64,000 nt of DNA from a virus: IMG/VR virus record IMGVR_UViG_3300031957_002648, positions 1 through 64,000 of that record; one strand, given 5' to 3'. Positions 18,229 to 28,657 of this stretch are shown here, piece by piece; positions within the stretch are counted from its first letter, which is position 1; the number at the start of each line of letters is the position of its first letter. The notes under the pieces were generated by a model that saw nothing but the letters and a program-made list of their open reading frames with translations, had not been told where the DNA came from and ran no database searches. A program made the position numbers and the translations under genes.

Positions 18229-19131
18229 TCAAGGCAGTGGATCTGGTCTTCTTACATATTTATCGTTAGCATAGTCACCATTTGCAAGAATTTTTGTAGA
18301 TGACTTTCTATAATCTTCTACACTAGTTCCTTCATACTCAACCACCAGTGGTTTAGTATCTTTTCTTTCTGCATGAATAATGTAATAATACTCTAAAGTT
18401 GTTGCCTGATGGCCAACATATACTTTATTGTCCTCAATTTTTTTGACATGTAATGTACTACATGCCTTTCCAATCGGAGTTAACTGTACTGTAATCGATT
18501 CTTCATGAACTAATCCTGTCCAATAATATGGCAATTCAATTACTTTTTCCGTAGTTTTTCCACGAAAATATACGCCCATTTCTGGACCTTCTAAGGCAGC
18601 ATATACTAATCTGTAATTTTCTTTAAGTGGATGTGCAATATTAAATGTTTTGAATGGTGCGGCAACTGAAGCAAAAACTCCTAAACCTGCAACAGTGGTT
18701 GAAGCTGTGGTTGTTCCGGCAGTTGCTTGTGCAGAAGCATTTGCCTTAGGCCCTGCTTCTGCTTGAGCGCCAGCAACTGCTGTTACACCGGCAGAAGCAT
18801 CTGCTCCAATAGTTAATGACACTCCAGTAATAGTTGTGGCACCATTTAGAAAGTTGATACCATTTGAAATCAGAGCACAAGGAGCTGCCGTAATCTCTAA
18901 TCCGCAAACTCCGGGTAAAGGAATTGGTGCGATCGGGCCAGTAACTTTGGTTCCGATACTTACAGTGGCGCGATCAATTCCAAGACCAGGGCATAGTCCG
19001 AAGTATGCTGGTCCAGAAGTTGTAAATAGTCCAGGGAGAACCTTCCCCAAAGTAATTCCAGAGAGAATATCTCCAGATACATTACCTACATTTAATTTTT
19101 TTGTGTTAATTGCTTCGTTTGATAATGACAT
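18229..19131 (-). CDS. gp5-associated spike/fibre-like protein
   Basis: Ala/Gly-rich segment then the KTFNI.HP...LEGPE.GVYFRG...LP.YW domain common in phage tail proteins. Confidence 0.7.
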   Translation of the reverse strand: MSLSNEAINTKKLNVGNVSGDILSGITLGKVLPGLFTTSGPAYFGLCPGLGIDRATVSIGTKVTGPIAPIPLPGVCGLEITAAPCALISNGINFLNGATTITGVSLTIGADASAGVTAVAGAQAEAGPKANASAQATAGTTTASTTVAGLGVFASVAAPFKTFNIAHPLKENYRLVYAALEGPEMGVYFRGKTTEKVIELPYYWTGLVHEESITVQLTPIGKACSTLHVKKIEDNKVYVGHQATTLEYYYIIHAERKDTKPLVVEYEGTSVEDYRKSSTKILANGDYANDKYVRRPDPLP

Positions 19132-19730
19132 TAGAGTAAACTACCTGAACCTGTTCTAATAGCAGTGGCAACGTCAGTGAGTGTTTGCATCCAATTTCCA
19201 CTAACGAGATTTTTAATTGAACCAATAACTGATGGGTGGCCAGAATTTTTTACATCTCCAATGAGATATAAGAAACCATTACCATCAAGAACTAATTTAT
19301 TTTCTCCTGCGATAATAGTGTTGCCACCGTGAATTCTAATCTCCTCATCAGTTTTAATTGTGACAAATCCATTACCAATAATATCAACATTACCTCCAGG
19401 CGAAATGTCACTGGCTTCAAGTAAAATATTCTTCGCCTTTACCTTAAAATTTCCTTCCGCAATTAAAACAATATCACCATTTGCAGCATGGATCAATTTG
19501 CCAACCATTTCCTCCTTAACACTTTCTGGATCCGTATGAACTTTTTCAATTGATGCTCCAGAAATTTTTTGAGTATATGCTCCGTTACTCCAGTGAGTCA
19601 TAAAGTTTCTAACTTTATTCACCCATATCGTAAACGATCTTCCAGTATCTAAATCTTGGCGACCAGAACCACCGAACATAGTAACATGTTCAGTATCAGC
19701 AATTCTACGAGTTCTTGATTGATTTGCCAT
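19131..19730 (-). CDS. gp5 C-terminal-like beta-helix spike protein
   Basis: Repetitive beta pattern (NGDIVLIAEGNFKVKAKNILLEA); directly follows gp5. Confidence 0.6.
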   Translation of the reverse strand: MANQSRTRRIADTEHVTMFGGSGRQDLDTGRSFTIWVNKVRNFMTHWSNGAYTQKISGASIEKVHTDPESVKEEMVGKLIHAANGDIVLIAEGNFKVKAKNILLEASDISPGGNVDIIGNGFVTIKTDEEIRIHGGNTIIAGENKLVLDGNGFLYLIGDVKNSGHPSVIGSIKNLVSGNWMQTLTDVATAIRTGSGSLL

Positions 19731-22079
19731 TTATATAACGCATTTAATAATTTCGAGTGGGCCACCTAGAACTTTATTATCATTCTGATCAAGGATCACA
19801 TCACTCGATTCATTTAAATAATCATCCAAGATAATGAAAGTGAGTTGAGCGCGAAGTTGTGCTCCAGCACCAGTCTCACTATTTATTCTAATCTCTGGAA
19901 TACCAATAAATCCACAAACCCTACCAGTTATCTCGACGCCAACTATTTGACCAAACTCTGTAAACAATCCTTTAAGTTCTAGTCCAGGAATTTCTGGAAT
20001 GGTTACAAGTTCATCATCCGAAGAATATCCAAATCCAGTATCCAAAACTGTAATAGACTCTAAACAACCAACAACTGATGTTGTAATAAATCCAGGATTG
20101 TCAGAGCCAGGAGATGGTGCTGGATATACTACATCAACTGGATTATCAGGATCAAAAGGCCAATCACCGCCTGGTTCCACACCAACATTTCCTCCAGGAG
20201 GAACATATTCATAACCTCCAGTTGGAGGACTATCAGGATCAAATGATTGTTCTGGATTTGGACCAACAATTGGAGAGCTTGGATAAGTGATTACCTCTCC
20301 ATCATTACCAATATAAATTGCAGTGGTGATTCCGGGATCTCCAATCGGATTTCCAGGATCTGTTATTACTGGGCTGAAAGAGTTTGATCCATCTGGTACT
20401 GGTAGATAACCATAACCAGGATGAGTTATTACAATCCTATCAATTCCACCATCATCAGGATTAACAACGCAATAACCAGCAGCTCCATAACCACGTCCAC
20501 ACCTATCATCAAAAGTTACAAATGGGGTACTTTTATATCCTTTGCCACGATCCAATCCAACAGCACCAACAACTTGTCCGTATTGATTAACTACAGCACT
20601 GTATCGTGCCTCAACCACTGGAATACCAGCAAAAATATTAACTTCTGGCGGACCACATTGTTCTGGTTCCTTATTACATCCAAGATCAGCTCCTTTCTTG
20701 AATCCTACCTTATCTAACCAATTAGATGCAGTAGTTCTAAGATTTGGAGGCAAATCAAAATCGTTCAAAAAATCCTTATAATCATCTCTCAGAGCTTTGG
20801 TCGGACCAGCCCAAGGACTAGCATTAAATTGTACGATCTCGATACACTTTTTCTCTAGACATAAGAATCCAAGTAATCCCAATATCGCATCAACAGCACC
20901 AAAAATCTCTCCACTAATTTTTGCAATTTCTCCAAATGCAGTGCCGAGAGCATCTAATGCTCCCTTAAGTAATTCATCAAGTTTTGATGCGATATTGTTT
21001 AGTAATGCATTTAAAAATTGTTCCGCAGCGCAGACCGGAGCACTTGCAAGTTCTCCAATAATTCCAGCAATAAAATCTCCAATTAAAGATGGAAGATCTT
21101 CAATTACTTGCTGGAAAATACAAAATATTTGATCCAGAATTACCGCAAGAATTCCATCTTTTAAATCTTTTAATTCATCTCCAAAAAAGATTTCAAAAAT
21201 ATCCTTAATACCTGCCTTAATTTTTCTAAGAATATAATTTCTAGCTCTCTGAACTAAAGTTCTTGCAACAGCAGCTATATCCCTAATAGCATTACGAATC
21301 TGACCAATTACATCAGTAATTTTATTCAGAGTTCCAACAACATAAAACTGATAGTATTTCTTTACTCCTTTAATAATAGAGACAATTTTTGCTAGAGCTA
21401 TTCTAACCCTAGCTACGTCACTTTTTCCACAATTGTTCGGTCCAATAATAGGTTCATCTAGTTTATCTCTTTCTTCTGAATCTGAATTACTAGGAACTGG
21501 TGCTCCACCATCATCTCCTCTTTCATTGGATGAATTATCTTTGCCAGAGCTTTCAGTCACCCTTCCCTGATTATTACCATCACCACCACCGGCAACTGTT
21601 TGGAGTGTCTCAGATACTGGTTCTGGATCTGGATTTTTCTGTGCCGCAGAAACTCTCCATGCTGGAATATTGTTTTGTGAATAATAATTTGTAGAGAAAA
21701 ATCCAGTAGATTTTCTGTTATTTGCATCTGTTGATGATATCTCTGATCGAGATACACTTTTGTCGATAACTCCAGTAATTATAGGTTGCTGCCCATCATC
21801 ACCGTCAAGAAAGAAACCAATTACAAATTCTCCACCCTCAATGGCACTACTAGCTCTATTTCCAGCTCCAGCAGTTGTTGGTTTTGAAATCAATGCAAGT
21901 GGTAATTGATCATCAGGCAATATGGATCCATCTTCGGGATGATAGCCAAGTATCCTTACAGGAACTCTTTCTCCCCAAGTATCTTGCGATGGAGTTGAAT
22001 TTGGAGGAACTTGTCCTAACCACCACCTATATCCATCTCTACCAATGAAGCTACTCTTTAATATTGCTTGATCAATCAT
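19731..22079 (-). CDS. gp5: baseplate hub protein gp5 (OB-fold N-terminus)
   Basis: FIGRDG.RWWLGQV, VRILGYHP...LP.A, V.GFFLDG...QQP.I.G. Confidence 0.85.
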   Translation of the reverse strand: MIDQAILKSSFIGRDGYRWWLGQVPPNSTPSQDTWGERVPVRILGYHPEDGSILPDDQLPLALISKPTTAGAGNRASSAIEGGEFVIGFFLDGDDGQQPIITGVIDKSVSRSEISSTDANNRKSTGFFSTNYYSQNNIPAWRVSAAQKNPDPEPVSETLQTVAGGGDGNNQGRVTESSGKDNSSNERGDDGGAPVPSNSDSEERDKLDEPIIGPNNCGKSDVARVRIALAKIVSIIKGVKKYYQFYVVGTLNKITDVIGQIRNAIRDIAAVARTLVQRARNYILRKIKAGIKDIFEIFFGDELKDLKDGILAVILDQIFCIFQQVIEDLPSLIGDFIAGIIGELASAPVCAAEQFLNALLNNIASKLDELLKGALDALGTAFGEIAKISGEIFGAVDAILGLLGFLCLEKKCIEIVQFNASPWAGPTKALRDDYKDFLNDFDLPPNLRTTASNWLDKVGFKKGADLGCNKEPEQCGPPEVNIFAGIPVVEARYSAVVNQYGQVVGAVGLDRGKGYKSTPFVTFDDRCGRGYGAAGYCVVNPDDGGIDRIVITHPGYGYLPVPDGSNSFSPVITDPGNPIGDPGITTAIYIGNDGEVITYPSSPIVGPNPEQSFDPDSPPTGGYEYVPPGGNVGVEPGGDWPFDPDNPVDVVYPAPSPGSDNPGFITTSVVGCLESITVLDTGFGYSSDDELVTIPEIPGLELKGLFTEFGQIVGVEITGRVCGFIGIPEIRINSETGAGAQLRAQLTFIILDDYLNESSDVILDQNDNKVLGGPLEIIKCVI

Positions 22080-22306
22080 TAGTCTTCATAAATCCTACAT
22101 TCATCTGCTTCTGGATTTGCGTCACAATATAACTCAAGTGGTGTAGGATCATGATGATCTCCTGCTTCAATATCTGCTTTATGATTCTCTGCGTATTCTT
22201 CTAGTTCATGCAATTCTCCCTCAATATGCCGACGTTGTTGAGGAGAAATAGTGGGATCGTGAAGAATCTCTCTATCCTTCTCAATGTGCTTTTCGATGCT
22301 TTCCAT
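22079..22306 (-). CDS. cp12: Calvin-cycle inhibitor CP12
   Basis: C-terminal LELYCDANPEADECRIYED CP12 signature. Confidence 0.92.
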   Translation of the reverse strand: MESIEKHIEKDREILHDPTISPQQRRHIEGELHELEEYAENHKADIEAGDHHDPTPLELYCDANPEADECRIYED

Positions 22307-22307
22307 T

Positions 22308-23564
22308 TTACTTTTCGTTGTAGGTGTCTCTTACGAGTTTTAAATAAGTAAGCGATTGATTCATTGGACTAATGAAATGACACAATTCCTTAATCAAATA
22401 CTTACCACTTAATTTATCGTCCTTTTTGTTTTTGTCAAGTTCTGGAAAATTGCAAATAATACATTTTCCAGCAGTTAGATTGAAGTTGCTAGATACTACA
22501 ATATTTATAACGTGTCTTAGCAAAATATTATATCGAAGAGGAGATATTGCCATATAATCATCTGGTTCAATATTAACTTCTTTTAACTCCGTTCGATTTA
22601 AAGCTCCAATATCCCTAACACCAACAAATATACGAGAGGGACTTGTAGCTAAAGTGCCTTCAGGAGATATTGAATCTTTTCCCAATTTAGCGATCTTTTT
22701 ATCCAAGTTTCCAGAAGTGATGACATTATTAGATCGTGTAATTGTAGTTCTCAGTGGATCAAACACATATGAAATCGAAGAATACACTCCAAGTTGAAGT
22801 GCCTCAAAGGTATCATATATTTTTTCCATATTAAAGGCGTGAATCTTAGTCGCATTCACTTGATTTAATTGATCCGAATCATTTACATTAGTGTATATGT
22901 ATTCTTGGACTGGTTCCTGAGCCGATAAAGAATCAATCGATCTGTAATTAAAACCCTCGGAAGTTTCATAGAATAGAAATCCAGAAGATTGTCCTTCGGA
23001 TGCTACTGTTCTAGCGGCAAGACTCATAATCACAGTAAAAGGTTTTTTCTGATTACCCTGCCATGCCATTTGTGTGGGCGTAGTATCTGTAATTACTCTT
23101 TTATCACTCTGCAGTTCTTGCCTCACTATACTTTCCACATTGATATGTGTTCCTACTGGAGGTAATCTTCTCCCCACTCTAGAAAATTCATTTGTAAATG
23201 CTTCTCCAGAAATCATGTTTAGAGTAATAACTTGTTTCTGCTGATCTCTTTGTGAGCTGGAGATACGACTCACAAACATATTACCAGGATTTAATTTCAG
23301 GGTTTGTTTTGCTGGATTTATAATTTCAATTTCACAAGTCTCGTTTGTTCTGAGTGGTAGTCCTGTAGCTACGTTAGTTCTTTTTCCATCAAGAAATACG
23401 TTACCGGTGTCTAAAAAAGTAACACTTGCAGTAACTGTTGGTGAAAATATATCCTCATAATAATAAAACCCAGATACACCTTCAATAATATTTACTTGCC
23501 TTCCAGATGTATCGGCAGCAAATAATGTAAATGTTTTTAAATTTGACTTCTCAGATGCAGACAT
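22308..23564 (-). CDS. baseplate hub protein (gp27-like)
   Basis: YYEDIFSPT, FLFYETSEGFNYRSIDSL, SGKYLI..LCH...T.L.LVRD. Confidence 0.7.
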   Translation of the reverse strand: MSASEKSNLKTFTLFAADTSGRQVNIIEGVSGFYYYEDIFSPTVTASVTFLDTGNVFLDGKRTNVATGLPLRTNETCEIEIINPAKQTLKLNPGNMFVSRISSSQRDQQKQVITLNMISGEAFTNEFSRVGRRLPPVGTHINVESIVRQELQSDKRVITDTTPTQMAWQGNQKKPFTVIMSLAARTVASEGQSSGFLFYETSEGFNYRSIDSLSAQEPVQEYIYTNVNDSDQLNQVNATKIHAFNMEKIYDTFEALQLGVYSSISYVFDPLRTTITRSNNVITSGNLDKKIAKLGKDSISPEGTLATSPSRIFVGVRDIGALNRTELKEVNIEPDDYMAISPLRYNILLRHVINIVVSSNFNLTAGKCIICNFPELDKNKKDDKLSGKYLIKELCHFISPMNQSLTYLKLVRDTYNEK

Positions 23565-25550
23565 CTATGTATAAGCTAGGATAACCCTTGATATACTATT
23601 TAACACACTTGCAGTATCATCTCTTTGTACCCTATACATGGTACTTCCCGGTGCTGGTGCTGGAGATTCCATTCTCGGAGTTCCAATGACAACTGCGTTT
23701 CTTCCTCGTCTATCTTGAACTGTTCTTCTTATCTGAGGTCTTTGTCTTGATCTAGCTGCAACACTATCTTGAGATACCAAACTAGCTTGAGATCCTGGAG
23801 CTCCATGAGATACAGTTATATTATTTGTACCAATAATAACTGCTTCTCGACCATATCCAGATCTCCAACGCCACTGCCTTACGGCAAATGGGAATGTTGT
23901 TTTTGATCCAACCTGAGATGGGAAAGTTTGAGGAGCTGTTGGGTGATGTTCTTGAATATCAACAGCAGCACTACTTCTTCTTCCATGAGCTTGCTGCTCT
24001 GCTGCAATTAAAGATTTGAGATCTTGATCTGATATACCTCTCCTAGCATCTCTTCCAATACTTCCAAAATGTACCCATGATCCTCTGGCAAACATTGCCT
24101 TAACTGCACGGAAAGCAACGTCCCTAATTTCTGCCAGTTGTGACGCAGACGGATTTCTTGGGCCATCAATATGAAAATGTGTCCCATATTCTGTTTCAGA
24201 CGAATCACTAGATCCACCTTGAATAAATCCAGGTTCTCCCATTCTTACTGGTATTAAACCTGTTCCAGCAATTGGAGTTCTTCTCCGTACAGGTCTCTGT
24301 GTAGTTTGCCTCCGTGTAGTTTGCCTCTGTGTGGTTTCTGATGTGCCAGTATTGAATCGTCTAAGTTGTTCTTCACCACCTGTAAGTTTTATAAAGTTTA
24401 TATACTCTTCCAATGAGATACTTCCATCTTTATTGCCATAGATCAAATCAATATTTTTATTTTCCACATATGCGGCGCTGGGTGATGAATATAATGCTGA
24501 ATTCATATTCAGTTTACCAAGATCTGCTGGTCGTATGTTAGCCAGTGCAAGATTTCCCATCCCACCTGCAGTTCTAAAGAATCCAGCGTCTTGTAAATAT
24601 TTTTCATGAATCGCTACTTGATCTGCCCTAGACAATCTTCTAAATTGTTCTTGAGTATATCCATATCTAACATCCCCAAATGATCCACCAAACATTAGTT
24701 GGAATAATCCAGTTGCAGCATCATTCTCTGGATTGACTATGCTGGGGTCTAATCTAGACTCTGCATTATATAAAGACATCAATTCGGATGGATTTACTTT
24801 TGCTCTCGCTGCTAGTTTCCTCACTGCCTCCTGAAACTCAACATCTTGTTCTATATCTTCAACTGGAGCAGATCCAGTTACATTTAACAAAGAACCACCT
24901 GCTGTTGGATCATCAGGATCCTCAGATGCAAGATCCTCAGCAAGTTTCTTTACCTCAGCCGTCATCTCATCCCATTGCTTATTCAAATCATCAAAACTTT
25001 TATTCATTTCATCAATTTTTTCTTGTATCTTTCCTTCACTATCCCAAAAATCAAGTCTTTTCCAGTTCTCTATAGTTTGAGTCACAACAGCTGTCATACT
25101 ATTAAATACTGTTCCCATTTGCATAACAAGTCTTTTGATAGATGCAAAGATCTTCTGTATTCCAGAGAAGAAAATCTTTACCTTTTTGATAAAAGAAGGG
25201 ATAAATTTAATCAACCATCCAATACCAATCATCACCAAGGCATCAAGAATATTGCCCATAACACCTGCTTTGCCACTCACACCTTTCGGGTTCTTCTTAA
25301 ATAATTCTGTTTTTGATTCTAATTTTGTCTCTCGATCAAATTTTCTTTGCTTATCTCTAGCAATTATTTTATCTCTTTTTTGTTTTTTTACTAACTGTTC
25401 TTCTCGCTTTTTTTTATCAAAATAAAATTTATATAATTTTGCTGTAGATTGCTTTACTAAAACTGTAGACTCAATGACATTGGCCAAGCTATTGCTAATC
25501 GAATCACTCGGTTTGGATCTTGGTAAAAACTTCTGAGTATTAAGAGTCAT
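23565..25550 (-). CDS. tape-measure-like virion protein with lytic transglycosylase (SLT) and M23-like domains
   Basis: Coiled/hydrophobic N-terminus; AES...ATGLFQL SLT motif; HFH, H..D and GYG motifs. Confidence 0.7.
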   Translation of the reverse strand: MTLNTQKFLPRSKPSDSISNSLANVIESTVLVKQSTAKLYKFYFDKKKREEQLVKKQKRDKIIARDKQRKFDRETKLESKTELFKKNPKGVSGKAGVMGNILDALVMIGIGWLIKFIPSFIKKVKIFFSGIQKIFASIKRLVMQMGTVFNSMTAVVTQTIENWKRLDFWDSEGKIQEKIDEMNKSFDDLNKQWDEMTAEVKKLAEDLASEDPDDPTAGGSLLNVTGSAPVEDIEQDVEFQEAVRKLAARAKVNPSELMSLYNAESRLDPSIVNPENDAATGLFQLMFGGSFGDVRYGYTQEQFRRLSRADQVAIHEKYLQDAGFFRTAGGMGNLALANIRPADLGKLNMNSALYSSPSAAYVENKNIDLIYGNKDGSISLEEYINFIKLTGGEEQLRRFNTGTSETTQRQTTRRQTTQRPVRRRTPIAGTGLIPVRMGEPGFIQGGSSDSSETEYGTHFHIDGPRNPSASQLAEIRDVAFRAVKAMFARGSWVHFGSIGRDARRGISDQDLKSLIAAEQQAHGRRSSAAVDIQEHHPTAPQTFPSQVGSKTTFPFAVRQWRWRSGYGREAVIIGTNNITVSHGAPGSQASLVSQDSVAARSRQRPQIRRTVQDRRGRNAVVIGTPRMESPAPAPGSTMYRVQRDDTASVLNSISRVILAYT

Positions 25551-25552
25551 TT

Positions 25553-27736
25553 TTAGAACAGAACATTATAGATCGATCTCGAAAGCATTCTATAAGGATT
25601 TGAAGTATCATAAGTTTTCAAATTAGGAACCGTACTTCCACCACTAGGAGTGGGTGGTTGTATTGGTTGTGGTATCTGCATTGTACTTACATCAACCGTT
25701 ACCTGTTGCCCCTCATATTCTGCATTTAATGCAACATTCCTTGTATTGGATGTTTCTCTTCCGTCCAACGAACCATCAAGGCCTGCATAGGCTGAGTCAG
25801 GAAATACACTAGGAGTCATAGCGTCAAGTTGATCCTGAGTATACATATCAAGATTTTCCTGATCATAAGGAATTGTAGGAGTATCACCATGAGCAGGCAT
25901 CACTGGAGTCGTGGGAGTAACTGGTACTTGTTGCCGCCGAGCAATATCTGCAGGAGAACTTGTGTTATCATCTGCATCTCCTCCTCCTCTGGGAGGAGAA
26001 ATTGGAGTTGTAGGTTCAACTGGTTGCTGAGTCTGCTCTTGATTTCTCTTCTCTTCTTCCGCTTCTTTCTGGAGGCGACGCCGACGGGATCTATAGATCC
26101 CGTGGAAGTCATTTTTAGTTATTGGATTTCCAGAAACATCGAAATATTTATCCTCAGGAAATCCAAACATGTTTCTTCCAGCTACTACGGTTCCCACACC
26201 TGGGAATCTTACATTCTTCCCAGCACCAGAAGGGGTACTTCGTACCTCTTTGTGGGCTTCTGAAAGTTCAAGAAGTTGCTGCTGAGCACTTTTTGGTGCT
26301 GGAGTTTCAACATTCCCTCCTTTTTCCGTAAGTTGAAATGTATCCTCATTGTTTACTGTTACTTTTTTGAGCAATCCTTTCGTCTGACCAACTTGAAATA
26401 ATGCATTTAAATTTGTAAGTCGATTCTTAGTTTTAAGTTCTTCATCGTCGGGTAAAAATGCACCAAACAGTCCTTTCGTCAGGTATTCTCCATAATTTTT
26501 ATAATATCGTTTATTTACAGGATCGTAATAACCTCCGGCCGCTTTTAATTCAGCCTGTCGTTTTTCGTCTTCTTTTGCAGTTCTATCAAGTTGGATAGTA
26601 AGATTTTCTATTTTTTGCAATACTTCAAGGTCACTCAAATTAGAGAACTTTGCAATTGCAATTTGATCAAGAACAACTGGTTCTAAAAGTTCCGCCGTCA
26701 TCAAGGCCAACATGGCGTAGCCTGCGCCACCACCCATACCCGGTCCACCTGATCGACCCACCCCAGGTGTTCCTGTCGAAACTCCTCTCCCAGTCCTAGT
26801 AAATCCTTGTCCAAATCTTTGAAATCTTTGCCGGAAAGTATTTCCACCTCTACCTTGGGTAACATTCGGTTTCGTTCTAAGAGGATTACGGAACTGACCA
26901 CTTTGAGTTACTCCTCTATTAAGGCCTCTAGGATTTCTACTTGCAGGTAGATTTCCCCCTGGGCCGGGTGGAGTTACTGGGCGTCGTAAGACACCAAATC
27001 TTTGTAGTATACGCCTACCAATAGCTTGAAGTGGTTTTAACACTAACCATTTAAAAGGTTTCCAAACTAACCACTTTGCAAGTTTTTTGCCAAATACTCC
27101 CAAACCAAAAATAATTGCGCCGAGACCTCCAGATGCCAGAGCAAGGGATGATCCCATAACTGCAAGACCTGCCGTTATTTCTCCCTTTAATTCTTCTAGT
27201 TTATCAAAATCACCTTCTCGTTCTGCTTTGAAATACTTGACAAACTTGTCAGTTAACCATCCAATTCCTAGCAAAAATAGAGCATTTTTGATTTTCTCGA
27301 AGGGATTTCCCAAGGCATTATTCACAGCCTGGAATGGTGCTTTCAGTGCTTTCTTTAATAAACCACCACCTTCTAAAAGTTTCTCTGATGCCGAAGATTT
27401 TTTCTTCTCTTGTAATATACGAGCATCTTTTTGTTGTTTTTTATATTGTTTGCTCTTATTCTTTTGATCTTTTATTAATACAGTATAAATTTTGGTGATA
27501 TTCGCAGAAACATCACGAAGATTATTATTGACTTCTTTTAATTGATCATTTACAATCTCATTATTAGCAGTCGGAACACTTTGAGTTATCTTCCTGAAAG
27601 AGTCTGCAAAGCTTCCCTTTGGTTTAACAGGAATAGTTGTGGAATTAATTGGAGACGCAAAGCCAGCCGACCGTTTTTTCTCTTGGAAAAAACTACCAAA
27701 ATTAAAACTGGGTCGTGCTGGACTTTTAGATACCAT
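25553..27736 (-). CDS. tape-measure-like protein (gp29-like position)
   Basis: 727 aa, coiled-coil plus hydrophobic segments, N-terminus paralogous to the next gene, downstream of gp26/gp51. Confidence 0.6.
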   Translation of the reverse strand: MVSKSPARPSFNFGSFFQEKKRSAGFASPINSTTIPVKPKGSFADSFRKITQSVPTANNEIVNDQLKEVNNNLRDVSANITKIYTVLIKDQKNKSKQYKKQQKDARILQEKKKSSASEKLLEGGGLLKKALKAPFQAVNNALGNPFEKIKNALFLLGIGWLTDKFVKYFKAEREGDFDKLEELKGEITAGLAVMGSSLALASGGLGAIIFGLGVFGKKLAKWLVWKPFKWLVLKPLQAIGRRILQRFGVLRRPVTPPGPGGNLPASRNPRGLNRGVTQSGQFRNPLRTKPNVTQGRGGNTFRQRFQRFGQGFTRTGRGVSTGTPGVGRSGGPGMGGGAGYAMLALMTAELLEPVVLDQIAIAKFSNLSDLEVLQKIENLTIQLDRTAKEDEKRQAELKAAGGYYDPVNKRYYKNYGEYLTKGLFGAFLPDDEELKTKNRLTNLNALFQVGQTKGLLKKVTVNNEDTFQLTEKGGNVETPAPKSAQQQLLELSEAHKEVRSTPSGAGKNVRFPGVGTVVAGRNMFGFPEDKYFDVSGNPITKNDFHGIYRSRRRRLQKEAEEEKRNQEQTQQPVEPTTPISPPRGGGDADDNTSSPADIARRQQVPVTPTTPVMPAHGDTPTIPYDQENLDMYTQDQLDAMTPSVFPDSAYAGLDGSLDGRETSNTRNVALNAEYEGQQVTVDVSTMQIPQPIQPPTPSGGSTVPNLKTYDTSNPYRMLSRSIYNVLF

Positions 27737-27920
27737 GTTTCTGCTTATACTTGAGTTCTTCCTGTTCTAAGAAATTAACTAAAAGAGAAACATAAACTTC
27801 TCTTTCCCACGGCATCATTTCTTCTAACTCTGTCAAGCTATATTTATGGTGCTGCATTAAAGCGAAATTAGTTTGATAATAGCTCCCCAACGACTCATGC
27901 GCTAGGGCTATGCGAAAAAA
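27726..27920 (-). CDS. gp51: gp51-like baseplate hub assembly protein (first ATG at 27857; frame open back through the slippery site at the end of gp26)
   Basis: Hand translation ...HESLGSYYQTNFALMQHHKYSLTELEEMMPWEREVYVSLL..., the conserved cyanophage gp51 sequence. Confidence 0.8.
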   Translation of the reverse strand, partial: FFRIALAHESLGSYYQTNFALMQHHKYSLTELEEMMPWEREVYVSLLVNFLEQEELKYKQKHGI

Positions 27921-28624
27921 CTTGCTAGACCTTCCAGAACATGCTCACTTTTCTTCTTTGTTTTAGGATTAGTTACCTTAATTGTATGAGATAACTTTGG
28001 CATCGTTGAGAAAAACTTCTCGACCAATTGAAACTGTGATGATGTTAGATCACCAACGAATTCTTCTAGTTCTTCTTTCGTACAATCAGAGGCTGCCCAT
28101 GATTCTTCTTCATTATAAACTTGCTCAATACACTGACCAATCATAGAAAATCCTTCATCAATTCCCAGATCTTCTCCTGTGAAATTACTCTCAACAAACT
28201 GCTTGAGAGAGGGATATTTCATTCTAAGTTTTAGACCTCCTCCTAGATCAATGTCTCTACTATGATCTTCGGATTCTTTCACTTTAATATCATCAATATT
28301 AATCTTGAGATCAACCTTAGTTTCTCCATCATCAGGACAAGTGACAGTTACTTCAATAACTTCACCCACAGACTTTCCACGAACATTCAAAAATAGATAC
28401 TCGATATCAAAAGTAGATAAACTTTCGATATTAAAATCTTTGCTTATAATACATGCGGTTAAAACGTTCTTTAGAGCTTCCGTGATTTGTTTAATATCGT
28501 TGCTTTCAAGAGCTAAAATAAGAACCTTCTCTTCTTTTACTAAAAATGGACGATATTTAATTTTCTTTTTACTTGAGGGCAATTCCAATTCATAGACTGG
28601 AGTCGTGGACTTTGGTAAAGGCAT
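27908..28624 (-). CDS. gp26: baseplate hub assembly protein gp26
   Basis: MPLP...P.YEL.LPS...YRPFLVKEEK, DIEYLFL..RGKSVGE, ...LEGL.SFF. Confidence 0.88.
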   Translation of the reverse strand: MPLPKSTTPVYELELPSSKKKIKYRPFLVKEEKVLILALESNDIKQITEALKNVLTACIISKDFNIESLSTFDIEYLFLNVRGKSVGEVIEVTVTCPDDGETKVDLKINIDDIKVKESEDHSRDIDLGGGLKLRMKYPSLKQFVESNFTGEDLGIDEGFSMIGQCIEQVYNEEESWAASDCTKEELEEFVGDLTSSQFQLVEKFFSTMPKLSHTIKVTNPKTKKKSEHVLEGLASFFA

Positions 28625-28650
28625 AATAACCCAATAAATTCAGATGCAAA

Positions 28651-28657
28651 TATTTAG
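28651..28657 (-). promoter_or_regulatory. T4-type late promoter
   Basis: CTAAATA upstream of gp26. Confidence 0.6.

Noticed and set aside
22079-22306. cp12 inside the baseplate operon as a novelty
   Set aside because: cp12 is a well-known cyanomyovirus gene and, as far as I recall, commonly sits near gp5.
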